From Amoebophrya sp. A120 (lineage: Eukaryota > Protista > Dinoflagellata), in contig CAJINV010000004.1 of the NCBI GenBank assembly GCA_905178155.1, forward strand, positions 1,178,881 to 1,242,880: 64,000 nt of DNA. The letters are read 5' to 3'. A program made the translations under genes and the position numbers. Of this stretch, positions 59,730 to 64,000 are shown piece after piece. How positions within the stretch are numbered: position 1 is the first letter of the stretch; each line of letters starts with the position of its first letter. The notes under the pieces were generated by a model, which worked only from the letters and a program-made list of their open reading frames with translations, did not search any database and was not told the origin of the DNA.

Positions 59730-61848
59730 TTACAGCTGACCGGCGTCAACATCGGAACCCAAAAACTCTTTGTAGCTTGCCTTCTGGAATGAGTTCTGGT
59801 CACTTTCCAGTTGGTGCAAACTGCGGACCAGCACACCCGGGATTTTACGGACTCTCTCGTCCATGATCACCGGTCGGGTCGGTACATACCATGTGGAGGG
59901 ACATTCCACTTCCTTGTCCATTACCCGAAGCATCGGAGCGGACCACCAGCTGGAGCAGTCTCCCTGCTTCGTCATCCACTCGTCCCCAAACAGTTCCCTG
60001 GCGAGTTCGAACACGCGATCCGGTACCGGCGCGGGCAGCGGGTGGAAGTAGCCCCCGTGGCGCTCGTGTTTCAGCGGAAAAATCAAGCCGACTAACTCCT
60101 TCTTTTTCGCAATGACGTCGTCTTCGGAATCCAGCAACCGACTGCAGAGGCGTTCAAACTCCGCGTGTTCCTGCACGGTGCGATCCTCCTCCTTTTTCTT
60201 GTTCAGCCGCAGCAGCCGCTTCTCCTCGCGCACGAGACCCTCCTTCTCGAAACCCAAATACTCCTTCACGAGTAAAATGGCTTCTCCCGGCAGAGAAACC
60301 TCAGTGTTGTTCCTCTTCCACTTGCGCAGCAACAATATCTTCGAAGCGTAGGCGACCTGAAAGTCAATACAATTCCTGTGCATTTCTAAGTTAGTACTAT
60401 GTATAAAAGGATGAAGCAGCCTGGATAGACCGAGGATGCGCTTCTCATTTTCCGGGAAAACGCGAATCAATGAGTCTTGTACTTACCTGCAAGATGTCAT
60501 TCTTGATGCGAAAATGCCCGGGGCAGAAGTGGAAGCATTGCTGCTTCAGATCCTTGCTGACCAATTCGCGGCGCGCTTCCTCGTCGAGCGAATGCAGCAG
60601 ACAGCTGGCCAGCGGGTACATGACGGAGTCTACTTTCCCCTCACCGTAGCGGAAGGCCCGCGGATTTTCGTAGTTGAAGCGGCCGCATAAGTCGCGGAAT
60701 ATCTCTTCTGCGACCTCGAGCGGAGTCGGCACCGGACCGCGGCCGTTTTGGAACCACGTCCATAACGCAAAGAACGGACTGTTCTCCGCTAATGGCTTAT
60801 GACAGTGCACAACTACTTCCCCTCCCCCTCATTTGGGTGGCATCCACAGCAACACAGACTCTGGAAAAGATGCAGCTTTTGCACCACAAATTGGTGACCG
60901 ATTCTACTGCTGTTTCGGCTTCCTGAATCTGTCACGCAAGCGGCACCAAAAGGCAACGGGTCAACGTCAAGGTCAATTAGATTACAGTTTGGTCTTTTGC
61001 ATGACAAATGAGGGGGCGGGGAAGTTGTGTGCTCTCATATTGCTTCCACGGGAACGACCCGAAGCAAGGACGTATTCCTTCCGCAGTTTGATCCTGCGTC
61101 ATTTGCCGCCGCAACACGTGGCCCGCTTCCGCAAAGAGGTCGGCCAGCGGATAAGTGCCCTCCTTCTTACTGCACTTGGACTTGGAGTGCGCCAGCCCTC
61201 GCATGTGTTTATTCTTCAACAACGGAACCAGGGCGGCCCCACTTACCAGCCGCTCTTTTTCACCCAGGTAATTCAGCTTGTGCACCTGTTTTGTTTGGAT
61301 TTTGTACCGTATCCGGATAGTAGTTTCGTCATTTGTGCGGCCATCATTCAGTTGATGGATGAGTCCCTCTTTCATCGGCAACTGGAAGTATATCTTTCGC
61401 TAATCTGTGTGGCAGCACTGCGCAACGAAACCAAACAAGCCAACGGGGCGTCCACGCTGTGCAAGCTGAGAACCCTGGCTCGGACAAGAGCCCGAATCGT
61501 CCACATCAAGCGCACAAGTACCTCTGTGCCGTTGCTCCGTCCGGCGCAGGCAGAATGCACGGCCGTCCGCCCGTGCTCGTCTCGTGCATCGAATTCGTAG
61601 AAGTCATGGGCCCGCGTCTCCAGCAGATAGGTACACAGCTCCGGAAAGTTGTGCTTCGCGGCCAGGTTGAGAAGGCTGCCATGCTTCGGCCCGATCATGT
61701 TAATCTTCTGGGAATCCAACTTTCGCACCTTGCTCATGATGTCCTTTTGCCACTCCGACGGGCTCTTCCTTGCGGCAGAATGGTGCGGATACTGCGTCTT
61801 TTCGCGGTTGAACAGAGCCACGATGCCCTGGTCCATCTTGTTCGCCAT
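59730..61848 (-). CDS. Ankyrin-repeat-containing protein, tandem paralog 2
   Basis: HGSLLNLAAKHNFPELCTYLL and ARDEHGRTAVHSAC; shares LVSGxALVPLLK, NPRAxRYG, FCPGxFRIKND, LVKEYLGF and IPGV blocks with paralog 1; start uncertain. Confidence 0.8.
60798..61039. mobile_element. TIR introner family B
   Basis: TATGACAGTGCACAACT...AGTTGTGTGCTCTCATA; repeat TGGCT/TTGCT; opposite orientation to 5822-6040. Confidence 0.92.
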
Positions 61849-63395
61849 CTTTTCCAAATTCTTATCCCAGCCGGCAAGAGCGAAAGTGTGGAAAGCAGAG
61901 AAGCGAAAGTTGTACGTGCAAGGTAATAGAAGTCTAATTATTCCTTCTACTGCTGCGGCACGATGCCCATGAGTGGAACAACCAGATGGACAACAACCCA
62001 AACAAATATCATGAAATAACGCACCTGTGGTATCTATCAGTCGATGCTGACGAATTCAGAACGAGAGCGACGCTGCACCCGTTTGTTTTCACAACGTGTT
62101 TTTCTAGTCTCGTCCTCTCCGTTTGTGTTCGTTCTCCCGCACTCGTAACGATCGCTCTGCGACGCTCAACACGATCGCTTTCCAACGCTCGACTCACAGC
62201 ACTCGAGAAACTCAACAATTTCGTCCAAAGACTTCGACTAAGTAGAGTTGTGTACTTACGTACTTACACCGCTTCCAGAAAGAACTTCAACGGGCTGGCC
62301 ACGTCAACAAGTTGTCCATATTATTCTCTGCTGTTTTTTTTCAAAATCTTCTTGCCACGAGAATCTATCAATTCAGCAGAAGATCTTCGTCTATCAACGA
62401 TGAAGAGGACAGTCTTCACGCTGCATCTGCAATCAATACGCGAGCGCGTGGGCGTGCGCCACAACCGAGCTGCATGAAGATGAACACGGCCGCACGACAG
62501 ACAGCGGTGCTTAAACTACATCAGCAGACAACAAGTGGGCTACAAATGGGAAACGAAACTTTTCATGCGTTCGTGAAAATTGCTGGGTATCTATGGGGAT
62601 TCAGGAGAAGTAAATTATATATGTATTGGGTCTCATTCATGAAAATACTTGGGTTGTACAGGCCTTCAACATAATCAGGAAAAAAATGCTCTAAAATAAA
62701 CTGGGGTAAGATACTTAGTTAGGTATAGCTACTCAAAGCTTGTTTCGATAACTGCTAGCATGTACTAACTTCCTATGTCTATGTTGGCGCGATCTATCAC
62801 CTTAGTGTTAGTACTTAGTAGACATTTATCAAAACCAAAAAATAAAAACTTCTCGTCCTCTTAGCTGTTTTTATCAACGAACTAGCAACACATCACAGGC
62901 CGAAATAGTAAAGGAGTATGTAGTTGATAGCCTGATGATGAACCAAAATTCTACACATATTCCTCCTCCACGATTTCTCGTCGCACCTTCGCAACTTCCC
63001 TTTCGCCTAGCAACACCCCTCCAAACTGCCGATCTCCGAAGTTGGTGCGTTGCTTGCATGAACAAGGCCTCCAGACCCTTGGCCGCCCCGTATCCTGTGT
63101 AAAAGCGTCCCCACCTCCCCCTAGTCAAGTTGGGACGAGCTCTGCAACGCAACTCCCGAAGTTTGGGGAGTCAACAAGCATATAAAAAGTTTTTCTCTGT
63201 ATTGTAGTGCAGGTTGAGGTTATAGCAAGGACCGCCGGATCACAAAGCCAGCTCCTTATCCTCCTGTAACTGTTTACAGCATTACTACACATAGAATAAT
63301 TATCCAAAACACGACTGAATCAGCACGGCTCTCCTGGGCGATATGTGCAATTTTGTTACGACTCTTCCTGTAATAATTGCATCCAATCTGCGCGA

Positions 63396-64000
63396 CTACA
63401 ACTCTGGGCTGGGAACGTTTTTGCTCAGGATACCGCCTCCGGGACCACGTTCGATGTCCTCGATGACAACCCCGGGTTTACGCGTCGACCCCGAATTGTC
63501 AATCCACGTGATCTATGAAGTGTAAAAATGTCTGGGTCTGGAAGAATCCAACTTGTCATGCTGATTTCGGATTCTAAAAAAATCTGTATTGCATGAGCAG
63601 CCAAGAGGATCCAAGTTTTGCTACACGGAAAGAGCATTTGTCATGCAGATTAGGCATCAGGAAGCCCTCTAAAAATCTGTGATGCTAGGGCATGCATCAC
63701 AGACATCAGGAGTCATGCAAAATGTGCATGACAAACCTGGCAATCTTCCAGACCCAGACATATTTGCATTTGATATGATCGGGGCTCGTGTCGTGCTCGA
63801 AGGTGGTGGGTTGTGATTGTCACCAGCAGCGCTCGCGGTCGTTGTTGTGCTAGAAGAAGAGGCGGGCCCAGAAGTTCTTGTACTGCCATTACCTCCATCC
63901 CCCGTGCTGGCCAGGAAAAACGGCCCCTTCCGCATTTGCTCCCGGGTCAGGAGCAAATCGCGCTCCAACAGTCTGCCGGAATCTTGCGCGGCTTCCAACA
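63396..64000 (-). CDS. 3' end of a hypothetical protein (starts beyond the window)
   Basis: ...TTRAPI|TWIDNSGSTRKPGVVIEDIERGPGGGILSKNVPSPEL* after removing element 63514-63775. Confidence 0.65.
63514..63775. mobile_element. TIR introner family A
   Basis: Family A TIRs; repeat TGATC; inverted relative to 10941-11208. Confidence 0.95.

Noticed and set aside
40-63775. Intact autonomous transposase, or group I/II self-splicing introns
   Set aside because: No DDE or RT ORF found; the elements are short and I saw no group II GUGYG/domain V or group I core motifs.
97-63898. Many short ORFs sharing PDPDIFAFD / [10 protein letters not shown] / SRPRHF peptides
   Set aside because: They are translations of the family A TIR in different frames, not a protein family.

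Overview
Eukaryotic genomic DNA. The architecture matches the parasitic dinoflagellate Amoebophrya (inference, not verified). About 12 protein-coding genes lie on the minus strand: mitochondrial EF-Tu, a two-domain saposin-like protein, a PEMT/ICMT-family methyltransferase, an RS-rich protein, a RAP-domain protein, two tandem ankyrin paralogs and several large low-complexity proteins. The dominant feature is 23 complete MITE-like inverted-repeat elements ('introners') from about 7 families. All start and end with TA, all are flanked by a 5-bp direct repeat, and all sit inside coding sequence. Removing the element plus one repeat copy restores the reading frame in every case I translated, yet only 2 of 23 can do so with GT-AG ends. 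Such introners are known in Amoebophrya. Extra observations here: a GCAT[GCT]ACAA motif shared across families, splicing that appears orientation-independent, a GT-AG register that adds one codon, paralog-private insertions, and a 955-bp member with perfect 45-bp TIRs and a weak tyrosine-recombinase-like peptide. Three GC-rich insertions are also present, one resembling a non-LTR retroposon. All gene models and coordinates were derived by eye.
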